The position numbers and the translations under genes are program-made. DNA of 64,000 nucleotides from Candidatus Multivoradales bacterium (GTDB lineage Bacteria; Acidobacteriota; Thermoanaerobaculia; Multivoradales; JAHEKO01), in NCBI GenBank assembly GCA_965223155.1, contig CBDCVR010000015.1:352001-416000 (forward strand). Reading direction: 5' to 3'. The stretch's first letter is position 1. Each line of letters starts with the position of its first letter. Below the pieces are notes generated by a model, which was given only the letters and a program-made list of their open reading frames with translations, did not search any database and had not been told where the DNA came from. Of this stretch, positions 1 through 10,694 are shown in pieces.

Positions 1-353
1 TTCTGGATCTGGCCAAGGACATGATCACGCTCTCGGGCCTCAAGCCCTACGACGACGTCGAGATCGCCTTTACCGGCTTGCGGCCGGGCGAGAAGCTGTC
101 CGAGCAGCTCGAACAGGCGGGCGAGCTCACCGACAAGACGGTGCATCCCAAGGTCTTCGTGGGCAAGCTCTCCAAGTGGCCCGAGGCCCAGGTCGACGAA
201 GCGCTCGACCGGCTGCGCGAGCTCGTGGCCCGGGAAGCCGACGACGAGATCCGCCAGCTCCTCGACCAGATCCTGCCGGAGGCGACTCTCGAGGTGCCGA
301 TTCCGGGCGAGCCCGAGGACGACGAAGCCGGCCGCACCGGCCTCGTCCATTGA
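1..353 (+). CDS. C-terminal end of a CapD/PglF/WbpM-like nucleoside-diphosphate sugar dehydratase (partial, runs off the window start)
   Basis: LDLAKDMITLSGL..DVEIAFTGLRPGEKL.E.L is the typical CapD-family C-terminal motif; the frame is open to the window edge. Confidence 0.85.
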   Translation, partial: LDLAKDMITLSGLKPYDDVEIAFTGLRPGEKLSEQLEQAGELTDKTVHPKVFVGKLSKWPEAQVDEALDRLRELVAREADDEIRQLLDQILPEATLEVPIPGEPEDDEAGRTGLVH

Positions 354-476
354 CGACCCACCGCGCACAGAGGCGACTCGGCTAGGAACAGGCAGTCAAC
401 GCACCGCCATGACGCGCGAACGCCAAGAGGCTCTTCGGCGTCCTCTAATCTCGAATCCAACACCCGAAATCGACTC

Positions 477-1442
477 ATGACGTCCGCCATCAAGTCTCCA
501 CCGAAGTCCGCCTTGGTGACCGGCGGAGCCGGCTTCATCGGCTCCCATCTGGTGGATGCGCTGGTCGCGCTCGGAACCCGGGTCAGGGTTCTCGACAACC
601 TGGCCACCGGACGCCGAACGAACCTCCAGCCCGCGTCGGACGCGGTCGAGTTTCTCGAAGGCGACATTCGCGAGCTCGAGATCTGTCAGACCGCGTGCCG
701 GGGCGCCGAGGTCGTCTTCCACCACGCAGCTCTGGGCTCGGTGCCCCGTTCGCTCGAGGATCCGGCGACCTCGATCGCGGTCAACGTGGCTGGCACGGCG
801 AACGTCTTCGCCGCCGCCCGCGAGGCCGGCGTCCGGCGTGTCGTCTACGCCTCCTCGTCGAGCGTCTACGGCGACAGCGAAGAGCTTCCCAAGCGAGAAG
901 GCGAGGAGGGCACTCCCCTCTCGCCCTACGCCTGGAGCAAGCGGATGGACGAAGAGTTGGCAGCCTCGTTCACCGACATCTGCAAAGTCGAGTTCGTCGG
1001 CCTGCGCTACTTCAACATCTTCGGACCGCGCCAGGATCCCTCGGGACCGTACGCCGCCGTCATTCCTCGCTTCTTCGCCGCCCTCCTGGCGGGAGAGGCG
1101 CCGGTCATCCACGGCGACGGCGAGCAGTCCCGAGACTTCACCTCGGTCCATGACGCCGTCAACGCGAATCTCCTCGCGGCCGAGGCGCCGGCCGAGGCCT
1201 GTGGCCGCGCGTACAACGTCGCCGGAGGCCGGCGGGTGACCGTCAACGAGCTGGCCCGAGCCGTGGCCGATGCCGTCGGCCGCGCTGTGCCGCCCCGTCA
1301 TGAAGCGCCGCGTCCAGGCGACGTCCGGCACTCCCTGGCGGATCTCGAGGCCGCCCAAGCTCTCCTGGGCTACCGGCCCTCGGTCCCGTTCGCCGAGGGA
1401 ATCGCCGGCTGCCTCGAGTACTACCAGTCCCTAGCCGCCTAA
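477..1442 (+). CDS. NAD-dependent epimerase/dehydratase, WbpP-like UDP-GlcNAc 4-epimerase
   Basis: TGGAGFIGSH, HAALGSVPRS, YAWSK (YxxxK), LRYFNIFGPRQDP, GDGEQSRDF. Confidence 0.9.
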   Translation: MTSAIKSPPKSALVTGGAGFIGSHLVDALVALGTRVRVLDNLATGRRTNLQPASDAVEFLEGDIRELEICQTACRGAEVVFHHAALGSVPRSLEDPATSIAVNVAGTANVFAAAREAGVRRVVYASSSSVYGDSEELPKREGEEGTPLSPYAWSKRMDEELAASFTDICKVEFVGLRYFNIFGPRQDPSGPYAAVIPRFFAALLAGEAPVIHGDGEQSRDFTSVHDAVNANLLAAEAPAEACGRAYNVAGGRRVTVNELARAVADAVGRAVPPRHEAPRPGDVRHSLADLEAAQALLGYRPSVPFAEGIAGCLEYYQSLAA

Positions 1443-1495
1443 GGGAATCGGCCCCCCGGTATCCCCTTTCTTCGGCCGCTCGATACACTTCCCGG

Positions 1496-2422
1496 ATGGC
1501 TACCTATCTCGTCACCGGCGGCGCCGGCTTTATCGGTTCCCATCTCGCCGAAGCCCTGAGCGGTGCCGGCCACCGCACCGTGGTCCTCGACGATTTGTCG
1601 AGCGGCACCGAGGACAATCTTCCGTCGAACGTCGAGCTCGAAGTTCTCGACATCCGCTCGCCGGAGGCCGCCGCCCTGGTGCGCGCCCTCGAGCCCGACG
1701 CGATTCTCCATCAGGCCGCCCAGATGGACGTTCGCCGTTCGACCCGCGAGCCTCGCTTCGACGCCGAGGTCAACGTCCTCGGCACGCTCAACCTGCTCGA
1801 GGCCGCTGCCGACGGCGGCGTTTGCCAGGTTCTCTTTGCCTCGACCGGAGGAGCCATCTACGGCGAGCAGGAGGCGTTCCCGGCAACCGAGGACCACCCC
1901 TGCCGCCCGGTCTCTCCCTACGGAGTCTCCAAGCTCGCCTGCGAGCGCTACCTCTACTACTTCCACGTCGAGAAGGGCCTTGACGTCGCCTGCCTGCGCT
2001 ACGCCAACGTCTACGGCGAGCGGCAGAACCCGCACGGCGAAGCCGGAGTCGTCGCCATCTTCTTGACCAAGCTTTTCGAAGGCGCCGCCTGCACCATCAA
2101 CGGCGATGGGCTCCAAACCCGCGACTACCTTCACGTCTCGGACGTCGTCCGGGCCAATCTCGCCGCTCTAGGCCGCTCGGGCTTTGCCACCTACAACGTC
2201 GGCACCGGCATCGAAACCAACGTCGTCGACCTCTATCGCCAGATCGCGAAGGCCGCCGGCAGCGATCGCCCCGCCGAGCACGGCCCCGGGAAGCCGGGAG
2301 AGCAACGCCGTTCGGTGATCGATCCGAATCGGGGCCAGACCGAGCTCGGCCTGCCCGAAGCGCTCGACCTCCCTGACGGACTCGAACGCACGGCCGCCTG
2401 GTTCGCTCCTGGTGATTCCTAG
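1496..2422 (+). CDS. NAD-dependent epimerase/dehydratase (UDP-glucose 4-epimerase-like)
   Basis: TGGAGFIGSH, HQAAQMDVRRS, STGGAIYG, YGVSK, LRYANVYGERQ. Confidence 0.9.
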   Translation: MATYLVTGGAGFIGSHLAEALSGAGHRTVVLDDLSSGTEDNLPSNVELEVLDIRSPEAAALVRALEPDAILHQAAQMDVRRSTREPRFDAEVNVLGTLNLLEAAADGGVCQVLFASTGGAIYGEQEAFPATEDHPCRPVSPYGVSKLACERYLYYFHVEKGLDVACLRYANVYGERQNPHGEAGVVAIFLTKLFEGAACTINGDGLQTRDYLHVSDVVRANLAALGRSGFATYNVGTGIETNVVDLYRQIAKAAGSDRPAEHGPGKPGEQRRSVIDPNRGQTELGLPEALDLPDGLERTAAWFAPGDS

Positions 2423-2532
2423 CCCATCGCGTTCGAAGCGTTCTGACGAGATGGCCCTACGAGACACGGCCGACCGGAACTCCAAGGCGAAAGAGCGCCC
2501 TGGCCGCTAGGACGGACACGGTTTCGCTATCC

Positions 2533-4416
2533 ATGCCGCGCTTACCGGAGCCTCGGGCCTGGATTCATCATGCACCATTGGGCACGGGCGCCGCCGGTCT
2601 CGGAGCGGCTCTGTTGGGCGCACTTGAAGGGTTTTACCTCGCCCGCGGCGACTTCCGCTTCGGCTACCGGCAGTTTCTCGAGTTCGAAGTGGCGTACTTC
2701 CTGGTGGGCGCCACAATCGGCCTGGGCCTGGTAGTCACTGTCCTGGGGTTGGACAGCCTTCTTCGGCGCACGAGCCAGAACCGGGCCCGAGCGCCTCTCG
2801 TTTGGTATGCCATCGCGACTTGGGGCCTCTTGGGCGGGATCCTCCTGAACAAGTTTGCCTTCCCTGCCTTCTTCTCACCGGTGTCCTTGCTCGGCAACGC
2901 GGCCTTGGTCGGCGCGCTTTTCGCGTTGCGCTGGCCGCTATCGAAAGTCCGCATGCACTCCGTTCCGGGTCGTCTCCTGGCGTTCGCGCTGTTTGTGCTC
3001 CTGGTTCTAGCGCCTCTTGTGGCACCCGGCTCCGAGGAACAACGGCGTGCGACCAGCGCCGATTCGTCGAGTCTCGAACCGGCCCCGCAAGACGCACCCA
3101 ACATCGTTGTGGCGCTTGTCGACACGCTTCGAGCCGATCACCTGGGAGCATACGGCTATCGGAGTGACGTCAGTCCGGCCATGGACTCGCTCGCCGCAGA
3201 GGCCGTGGTATTCGATCGCGCATACAGTCCGTCCAACTGGACCCGGCCTTCCGTCGCGACCCTGATGACCTCTACGCTGCCGTCTCGACACGGAGTCACG
3301 GAGATCAACCTCGCCCTTCCTCCGGACCTGCCCCTACTCGCCGAGTCCTTCCAGAGCGCCGGCTACGAGGTCGGATTCTTCACGAACAATCCAAATGTAG
3401 AGCCCGAAGACGGCTATTGGCGGGGCACCGACCATTTCCATGCTTTCTCGGCGCGCGGCTTTCTCGGCCGAACGGTCCTGTTCGAGCTCTTTCTCGACCG
3501 AGACCTGCGCGGCGTTGCCAACTGGCTGAGATCGATCCTGGGCTACTCCACAGGTCGAGAGTACACACCGGAGTCGATGACCGAGGCCGCGCTCGAATGG
3601 ATTTCCGAACGGCGCGGCCCCTACTTCGCTTACATCCATTTTCTCGGGCCCCACGCTCCCTACGCACCACCTGAGCGCCACTTGGAGGCGTTGGGGGCGT
3701 CGTCCATGGACCTCGGCGCGGCGCACCCACCATCTCCTACTGCCGGCCACGACGCCATCCCCGCGGCCGTCCGCGAGCAAATGATCGCTCAATACGACGG
3801 CGCGATCCTCTGGCACGATGAGGCCCTCCGGAAGCTCTTTCAGGGCCTGGCGGGTGACACGGTCGTGGTCCTCACCTCCGATCACGGCGAGGGTTTCGGA
3901 GAGACCGGATTCTGGGAACACGGCGTGGGGCTATTCGATGAGATCGTACGGATTCCGCTGATCTTTTACTGTCCCGGGCGATGCGGAGACCCCCGGCGAG
4001 AGGCGACGCCGGCCAGCCTGATCGACGTCGGGCCCACTCTTCTTCAGTTGGCGGGGTTGCCGACCCCGGCGAGTTTCGACGGCAGGGCGCTGACGATCTC
4101 GGCCCCCGCGAGTGCTCCGGACCGAACCCCAACGGTCGTCATCGAGAACCCCAAGAACGACGAGACCTCGCTGCGTACGCCCGACTGGAATCTGGTTTCC
4201 TGGAAACGTGACGACGGGACACAACGCTGGCTTTGGCCCGCCGACGAAGCGACTCCCCGGAGTCTCGCTCCCGACAGGACAGAGGTGTTCGCAGAGCTTG
4301 AAACTCTATTGAACCGGCACCTGGAGCTCAGCCGGTCTCGCGCCCGCCGACCCACCGAGCTCGACCTCGGCCAGGACCGGCTCGAGCAACTCAAGGCGCT
4401 CGGGTACCTGGACTAG
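2533..4416 (+). CDS. Membrane-anchored sulfatase-like hydrolase/transferase (alkaline phosphatase superfamily)
   Basis: About 5 N-terminal TM segments; PNIVVALVDTLRADHL, WTRPS, PHAPY, YDGAI, TSDHGE; C-terminal LKALGYLD. Confidence 0.85.
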   Translation: MPRLPEPRAWIHHAPLGTGAAGLGAALLGALEGFYLARGDFRFGYRQFLEFEVAYFLVGATIGLGLVVTVLGLDSLLRRTSQNRARAPLVWYAIATWGLLGGILLNKFAFPAFFSPVSLLGNAALVGALFALRWPLSKVRMHSVPGRLLAFALFVLLVLAPLVAPGSEEQRRATSADSSSLEPAPQDAPNIVVALVDTLRADHLGAYGYRSDVSPAMDSLAAEAVVFDRAYSPSNWTRPSVATLMTSTLPSRHGVTEINLALPPDLPLLAESFQSAGYEVGFFTNNPNVEPEDGYWRGTDHFHAFSARGFLGRTVLFELFLDRDLRGVANWLRSILGYSTGREYTPESMTEAALEWISERRGPYFAYIHFLGPHAPYAPPERHLEALGASSMDLGAAHPPSPTAGHDAIPAAVREQMIAQYDGAILWHDEALRKLFQGLAGDTVVVLTSDHGEGFGETGFWEHGVGLFDEIVRIPLIFYCPGRCGDPRREATPASLIDVGPTLLQLAGLPTPASFDGRALTISAPASAPDRTPTVVIENPKNDETSLRTPDWNLVSWKRDDGTQRWLWPADEATPRSLAPDRTEVFAELETLLNRHLELSRSRARRPTELDLGQDRLEQLKALGYLD

Positions 4417-4488
4417 AGGTGCGCAGAAGTCGCAGGGCAGGTGCACTTGGCAAAGCTTCTCTGCGGCGCGCCCGCTTGCGGCAAGCAG

Positions 4489-5733
4489 CTAGGGCGAGAC
4501 GACTTCAAGCCTCTCGGCGATAGCTCGAGCGGCCACGCGAATCCCTCGGCCGTTCCAGTGGGTATCGTCTCTCCAGAACGTGTACTCGCCATGAGCGAGA
4601 TGAAGACGAGACGCCTGGGTCAGTTCGGGTGTCAAGTCTAGGAACGGTACTTCGAGATCGGCGGCCATCAACTCCAGAGCCTCGACTTGAGCATTCGACA
4701 ACGCCCTGTGCCTCTTCCCGTCGACCAGTGAGGAATAGACACGGTACTTGGTGGGAACGAAAACGAGCAGGGCGACCCGATCGGCCACTTCCGCGAGCAG
4801 CATTCGATCGTGACTTGATAGGCAAGGATCTCGCCGAGTCGCGACTCGAACATAGGACTTCAGGAAACCCAACTCTTCGCCTCCAACGGACTCGGTTGAA
4901 ATCGGGTCGTCATCGACTGACCGAAGCCGCCCTCCGGCCCTCGAACTGAGTCTCGAATAGGCTCGCCGGCTCGCGGAATACACGAAACGATAGGTCTCGA
5001 GGTTGCGGATCAGTGCCGGGATCCAAACCAAACGTCGGCGCACCGAGCTCCGCCTCTTCGAGCCTCGTCGGCAGGGAAAGTCGTTGCCTTCGAACAGCAC
5101 GACCACGGCCTCGAACCCCCCATCGAACAAGTCATCGAGATAAGCAATCCGCTCCACGTAGTCTGCGATGTCGCCAGGCATGCCCGCGTTGTAGGCAGGA
5201 AGGCCGAAATCCCGCGACAAGACTTCGCTCAGAATCTCGGCCTGTGTCGTTCCTGATCCCACGACGAACGAATCTCCGAAAACTACGATCGGCTGATCCG
5301 AATAATCGGCCGTGTTCCGCAACCCCAGTTCGTCTGTGACAAACCGCACCGTACGAGGCTCAGCGAGCGAAGCTCGGGACGACATGGCCACGAGATCGCC
5401 AAAACGAACCTGAAATCCCTCCACCGTGCGATTCGGCCGGTAGTTCGCAAGGGGCCCATCGGCACCTGCGTAGATCAGCACCTCATGGGGACGATAGTAG
5501 TGAGGACGCAGGTCCGCCGGTAGAGCGCGAAGAAGGACCTCGCCCCCAAGCACCGTGATGGCCAAGGGCGTTGCGACAAGCGCGGGTGCCCAGACCCTCC
5601 CCGAACGGCTCAGAACAAAGGTGGCGATCCCGCTCAAAGCCGCCGCCAGAAAGGCGGGAACAGTGCAGATAAGAAGGACTATCCACAGGACCACGAACGG
5701 GAAGAAGGCCTGGCCAGGCGGAACTCGAATCAT
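4489..5733 (-). CDS. SGNH-fold AlgX/AlgJ-like acyltransferase/esterase with N-terminal membrane anchor
   Basis: FGDSFVVG (block I), FEGND, WRDDTHWNGRG (DxH as in AlgJ/AlgX). Confidence 0.75.
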   Translation of the reverse strand: MIRVPPGQAFFPFVVLWIVLLICTVPAFLAAALSGIATFVLSRSGRVWAPALVATPLAITVLGGEVLLRALPADLRPHYYRPHEVLIYAGADGPLANYRPNRTVEGFQVRFGDLVAMSSRASLAEPRTVRFVTDELGLRNTADYSDQPIVVFGDSFVVGSGTTQAEILSEVLSRDFGLPAYNAGMPGDIADYVERIAYLDDLFDGGFEAVVVLFEGNDFPCRRGSKRRSSVRRRLVWIPALIRNLETYRFVYSASRRAYSRLSSRAGGRLRSVDDDPISTESVGGEELGFLKSYVRVATRRDPCLSSHDRMLLAEVADRVALLVFVPTKYRVYSSLVDGKRHRALSNAQVEALELMAADLEVPFLDLTPELTQASRLHLAHGEYTFWRDDTHWNGRGIRVAARAIAERLEVVSP

Positions 5734-5820
5734 TGGTCGACTACCATTTGGGAGCTAAGCCAGGCATAGAAACTGGCAACTGTAGGCGACCCAGTACAGA
5801 ACTTGCCGCTCTCTCGCCGG

Positions 5821-7869
5821 TTAGTCGAGATACCCGAGAGCGCGCAAGCTGTCCTTCTCGGACTCATTGAGGCCATCTGAAGCTGCTCCTTGGCCCAAGC
5901 TGCCGACAAAGTCTCTTGATCCGGCAAGATCTACAAGAAGACGCTGCATTTCTTCGACCGTTTCCGGCCTCTCTAGAGCCACGTTCTGCTGCTCACCCGG
6001 ATCCTGGGCGAGATCGTAGAGTTGATGTAGGGGCCCTAGATCGAGGCCGATCGAACGAGAGTCTGCGATCGATCCGTACGAAGTTCGAAATATGTACTTG
6101 TAGTCCTGGGTTCGGATACCAACGAGTCCGGGACCGAACGCAGTCCCTTCACTGACCACCGGTCGATCTCGACTATCCGAGTCGTCCAGCACGGAGCGGA
6201 GAGACTCTCCCTGAAAGCTCCCTGGGACACCAATCCCCAAGTAGTCGAGGATCGTCGGAGCAATGTCGATCGATCGAACTTGAGTCGTAAGTCGCGCCGG
6301 AAACTCCACGCCGGGTAGTCCGCGGAATAGCAACGGCACATGAAGCTGCTCGTCGAAGAGTGAGAGGCCGTGGGGCCAACGCGAAAGTAGCGCATCCGAG
6401 CGGCGACCGTCGCTATGGAACTCTTCGCCATGGTCAGAAGTCACCACGATGACCGTATTCTCGTCTAGATCGAGTGCGGCAAGCCTTCTCATTAGCCGCC
6501 CCATATAGTCGTCCGCTCGTTGAATGTCTCCGTCGTACCGGGCCTTTCGCCGCTCGTCTGCGCCGGCCATGCTCCACTTGAGTCCCTCGTCCCTCAAGAA
6601 CGTCTCCGAATCGTAGGGACGATGTGGCTCATAAGTATGCAGAAACAAGAAGAAGGTCCTGTCGCGATTGCGATCCAGCCAATCGACAGCCTTCGAGAAC
6701 ACCTCTTCGATATCCGATGCGGTAATGAGCCCCGATTCGTCGTAGCTATCGAAGCCCTTGTTGAGCCCGAAATGCGCCGAGATCGCCCCACGCCCGGTGA
6801 TGGCGGCCGTTAGATATCCCTCATCTCTCAGAAGCGATGCGAGCGTGGGCAGGTCATCCCGCCAACGTGTGGTAGAGCCCGGACCTTCGAGACCCGCGCG
6901 ATGGCGGTTTGGGTAGGTCGAGGTAAAGATCGACATATGCGCAGGTAGAGTCCAAGGAGACTGACTGTAGCAACGCTCAAATACCACGCCTTCCGAAGCT
7001 ATTGCTTCGAGACTCGGGCTCGTCGGCCTCCCGTATCCATGGAGCGACAGGTGGTCCGCTCGAACCGTATCGAGAGAAACAAGAAGCACGTTCCGCCGGC
7101 TTGGTTGCTTCTTGGACCGAATTCTAGGCATCCGAAAATGAAGAAAGTCCGAGGCGCTCAGGTTGAAGGGCAGCTCCTCCGAAACCACTGCACTCCTTTC
7201 AAACACGAACTCTCTTCCGGCGCCGACAACCGACTCCAACGGCAGGCTCAACTCGGTCCACCCCTCGTTGGCTCCTTCCACTTCAAGCGTCCTTTGAACG
7301 AGTGTCGTCGCAACACCCGACTCCGGGTCCTTGATTGCAATCATGAACGTGGCCGTCCCGGCAGTGAGGCTTCCCAACTGTGGCTCGATGCCAATTGCGG
7401 TATCGAGGACCATGTCTGCCGCGACATCCGCCTGCCATGTCGCGTCCGAGTCCCCGGGGCCGACAAACACTTGAGAGGTCGCGCCCCCTAAGACAGCCTC
7501 TCCTCGACGCGCGATCCCTTGCAAGAGACCCACAGCCTGGTGGCCCTTGCTCTGTCTTGGGACTATCCGGAGCCGATACTCCACACGGTCTTGAAGCTCA
7601 GCAAGATTCGGCCAAACAAGAACCAGCGTAGCCAGGCAGATCATGATCGGAGCCCACAACAGCCGCCAGCGACCCATCCCGACCACCAAACCGAAGCCGA
7701 CGAGGGCAAAGAACACGCCGTAGGCGAGCACCAGGACAGCGCGATCTTCGATCTCGCCGTCTTCGCTAAGAAGCCGGCCTACCAGCCACGGATGGCACAG
7801 GAAGCTAAGACCGACGAGTGTTCCACCCGCGAACCATCGCACGGAAGCGCGGACCTCTTGACGGCTCAT
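5821..7869 (-). CDS. Membrane-anchored sulfatase-like hydrolase/transferase
   Basis: NVLLVSLDTVRADHL, WTLPAH, HTYEPHRPY, TSDHGEEF, LYDLAQDPGEQQN; C-terminal LRALGYLD. Confidence 0.85.
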   Translation of the reverse strand: MSRQEVRASVRWFAGGTLVGLSFLCHPWLVGRLLSEDGEIEDRAVLVLAYGVFFALVGFGLVVGMGRWRLLWAPIMICLATLVLVWPNLAELQDRVEYRLRIVPRQSKGHQAVGLLQGIARRGEAVLGGATSQVFVGPGDSDATWQADVAADMVLDTAIGIEPQLGSLTAGTATFMIAIKDPESGVATTLVQRTLEVEGANEGWTELSLPLESVVGAGREFVFERSAVVSEELPFNLSASDFLHFRMPRIRSKKQPSRRNVLLVSLDTVRADHLSLHGYGRPTSPSLEAIASEGVVFERCYSQSPWTLPAHMSIFTSTYPNRHRAGLEGPGSTTRWRDDLPTLASLLRDEGYLTAAITGRGAISAHFGLNKGFDSYDESGLITASDIEEVFSKAVDWLDRNRDRTFFLFLHTYEPHRPYDSETFLRDEGLKWSMAGADERRKARYDGDIQRADDYMGRLMRRLAALDLDENTVIVVTSDHGEEFHSDGRRSDALLSRWPHGLSLFDEQLHVPLLFRGLPGVEFPARLTTQVRSIDIAPTILDYLGIGVPGSFQGESLRSVLDDSDSRDRPVVSEGTAFGPGLVGIRTQDYKYIFRTSYGSIADSRSIGLDLGPLHQLYDLAQDPGEQQNVALERPETVEEMQRLLVDLAGSRDFVGSLGQGAASDGLNESEKDSLRALGYLD

Positions 7870-8009
7870 CCGACAATTCTAGTGGACTGGTGAAGGACGC
7901 CAGGAAACAAGATGCCGGCTACTCAACCTTGACGTTCACTCTGGACGCGAGAACAATCGGACTTACAAATCAACAGCAAGGAGAAGACATGCGAAGCGGC
8001 AAGATCGCT

Positions 8010-8729
8010 CGAACTTCGACGACGACGCTCTTACCGGCGGCGACGAGGTGTCTACGTACGGGACCGATCCGCTGAATGCCGATACTGACGGCGGAGGTCG
8101 TTCCGATGGCGATGAGGTCGCCACTGGTACCGACCCACTCGACCCCAACGATGACTTCCAGCCGTTGCCGGTGACTCTTCCCGATGGCGGCGGCTATGAC
8201 TGGGCGGTTCAGGACGACGGCTCGGTCGGCACTTGGTCTGGTGAAGCCTTCCAGTCCGGGATGAATCTCTTGATGGACAACCTGTACTTCGGATTCTTCG
8301 ATGAGGCAATCCCCGAAGACGGGCGGCGCGAACTGGTGATCGGGCCGCAGTTGCGCTCGGGCCTCGAGATCAGCCGGAAGGTCTTCGTGCCGACTGATGA
8401 CGCCTTCGTCCGCTACCTCGAGGTGGTTCACAACCCGGGCAGCACCGAGGCCACAATCTCCCTCCGTGCGGAATTCGCTGGATCCACTCGATCCCGCGGA
8501 TGCGACCCAGGACCCTGATCTCGACGGCCTGACGAACCTCGAGGAGCAAAGCGCCGGAACGGATCCACACGACGGCGACACCGACGCCGACGCACTGAGC
8601 GACGGCGACGAAGTCAACACCCACGGCACCGATCCGACCAATCCGGATACGGATGGTGGTGGACGAACGGACGGCGACGAGATCCTGGTCGATGGGACCG
8701 ACCCTCTGAATCCGGCCGACGACCTCTAG
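8010..8729 (+). pseudogene. Fragments of a Ca-binding DxDxDG (thrombospondin type 3-like) repeat surface protein in two frames
   Basis: GTDPLNADTDGGGRSDGDE in the 8048 frame; [24 protein letters not shown] and [12 protein letters not shown] in another frame after about 8475; begins mid-repeat with no signal peptide. Confidence 0.65.
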
Positions 8730-8842
8730 CCGGTCTTTACCCCGTCCCTCTGCTAGAATCCCGGCCCGGCGCCGGGTCGTCTCCGGCACTCCGTTCTCCA
8801 AGCTGGCACGTCCTCTTTCGGCCGGATACGCACGTCTTCTCG

Positions 8843-10684
8843 ATGCCCTCGATCCTGGGAATCTCAGCCTTCTACCACGACAGCGCCGCGGCTCTGGTCG
8901 TGGACGGGAAGATCGTGGCCGCGGCCCAGGAGGAGCGGTTCACCCGCAAGAAGCACGACTTCCGCTTCCCTCAGAAGGCGATCGAATACTGTCTCGCCGA
9001 GGCTGGGCTCGAAGCCTCCGAGCTCGACTACGTCGTCTTCTACGACAAGCCGCTGACCAAGTTCGAGCGGCTGCTCGAGACCTATGTCGCCTACGCCCCG
9101 GCCGGGTTCCGTTCGTTCAAGAAGGCGATGCCGCTGTGGCTGAAGGAAAAGCTCTGGATGCCGCGCCAGATGGACAAGGGGCTCGGCAAACAGTTCTCCG
9201 GCCGCTACGTCTTTACCGAGCATCACGAGTCGCACGCGGCGAGTGCGTTTTTCCCTTCGCCCTACGAGGAAGCCGCCATCCTCACGATGGACGGGGTCGG
9301 TGAATGGGCGACGGCGAGCTTCGGCACCGGCCGCGGCAACCGCATCGAGCTCACCCACGAGCTCCACTTCCCCCATTCCCTCGGCCTTCTCTACTCGGCC
9401 TTCACCTACTACACCGGCTTCCGGGTCAACAGCGGCGAGTACAAGCTCATGGGCCTAGCGCCCTACGGCGAGCCCAAGTACGCCGAGGTCATCCGCGAGC
9501 ACTTGATCGACCTGAAGGACGACGGCTCGTTCCGCATGGACATGTCGTACTTCAACTACTGCCAGGGCCTGACCATGACCTCGGCCAAGTTCGACCGACT
9601 CTTCGGCGGCCCGCCGCGCCAGCCCGAGTCCGAGCTGACCCAGCGGGAGATGGATCTGGCCGCTTCGGTCCAGTTGGTGACCGAGGAAATCGTGATGAGC
9701 ATGGCCCGGCACGTCCATCAAACAACCGGCATGCAGAACCTGGTGCTGGCCGGGGGCGTTGCCCTCAACTGCGTCGCCAACGGCAAGCTCCTGCGGGAAG
9801 GGCCGTTCGAGTCGATCTGGATCCAGCCGGCGGCCGGGGACGCTGGCGGCGCGCTCGGAGCGGCCCTCTTCGTCTGGCACCAGCTCCTGGACCAGCCCCG
9901 CTCGATCGCCGGCAAGGACGGCCAGTCCGGATCGCTCCTGGGCCCCGAGTTCACAAACGACGAGATCGAGGCGGTCCTGACCGAGGCCGGGGCCGTCTTC
10001 GAGCGGCTCGACAACGACGACGCCCTCTACGACCGCGTCGCGGGCCTCATGACCGAGGAAAAGGTCGTGGGCTGGTTCGCCGGCCGGATGGAATTCGGGC
10101 CGCGCGCCCTGGGCTGCCGCTCGATCGTCGGCGACGCCAGGAGCCGGGACATGCAGCGGACCATGAACGTCAAGATCAAGTTCCGCGAGTCCTTCCGCCC
10201 CTTCGCCCCGGTGGTGATCTCGGACAACAACCACGAGTACTTCGAGTTCGAAAAGGGCCAGGAGAGCCCCTACATGCTGGTGGTCGCCGACGTGCGCGAC
10301 GGCAAGCGCATCCCGATCCCTGAAGATGCGGCCAGCGCGCAGGGGCTCGACAAGTTGAAGGTCATACGCTCCGAGGTGCCGGCGATCACTCACGTGGACT
10401 ACTCGGCCCGCGTCCAGAGCGTCGACCGCGAGCGGAACCCCCGCTTCCGCGGGCTCCTCGACGCTTTCTACGCCAAGACCGGATGCCCGGTCGCGATCAA
10501 CACCAGCTTCAACATCCGGGGCGAGCCGATCGTCTGCACCCCCGAGGACGCCTACCGGTGTTTCCTCGCCACCGACATGGACGTTCTGGTGCTCGAGAAC
10601 TTCGTCCTGTTGAAGGAAAACCAGCCCGAGCTTCTGAGCCGGCGCGAACGCGACAAGTACATCGCGAGCTTCGATCTGGACTAA
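8843..10684 (+). CDS. O-carbamoyltransferase, NodU/CmcH/SxtI family
   Basis: ILGISAFYHDSAAAL, AQEERFTRKKH, EHHESHAASAF, GGVALNCVANG, EFGPRALG, KFRESFRPFAP, NTSFNIRGEPIV. Confidence 0.95.
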   Translation: MPSILGISAFYHDSAAALVVDGKIVAAAQEERFTRKKHDFRFPQKAIEYCLAEAGLEASELDYVVFYDKPLTKFERLLETYVAYAPAGFRSFKKAMPLWLKEKLWMPRQMDKGLGKQFSGRYVFTEHHESHAASAFFPSPYEEAAILTMDGVGEWATASFGTGRGNRIELTHELHFPHSLGLLYSAFTYYTGFRVNSGEYKLMGLAPYGEPKYAEVIREHLIDLKDDGSFRMDMSYFNYCQGLTMTSAKFDRLFGGPPRQPESELTQREMDLAASVQLVTEEIVMSMARHVHQTTGMQNLVLAGGVALNCVANGKLLREGPFESIWIQPAAGDAGGALGAALFVWHQLLDQPRSIAGKDGQSGSLLGPEFTNDEIEAVLTEAGAVFERLDNDDALYDRVAGLMTEEKVVGWFAGRMEFGPRALGCRSIVGDARSRDMQRTMNVKIKFRESFRPFAPVVISDNNHEYFEFEKGQESPYMLVVADVRDGKRIPIPEDAASAQGLDKLKVIRSEVPAITHVDYSARVQSVDRERNPRFRGLLDAFYAKTGCPVAINTSFNIRGEPIVCTPEDAYRCFLATDMDVLVLENFVLLKENQPELLSRRERDKYIASFDLD

Positions 10685-10694
10685 GAGACCGCCG

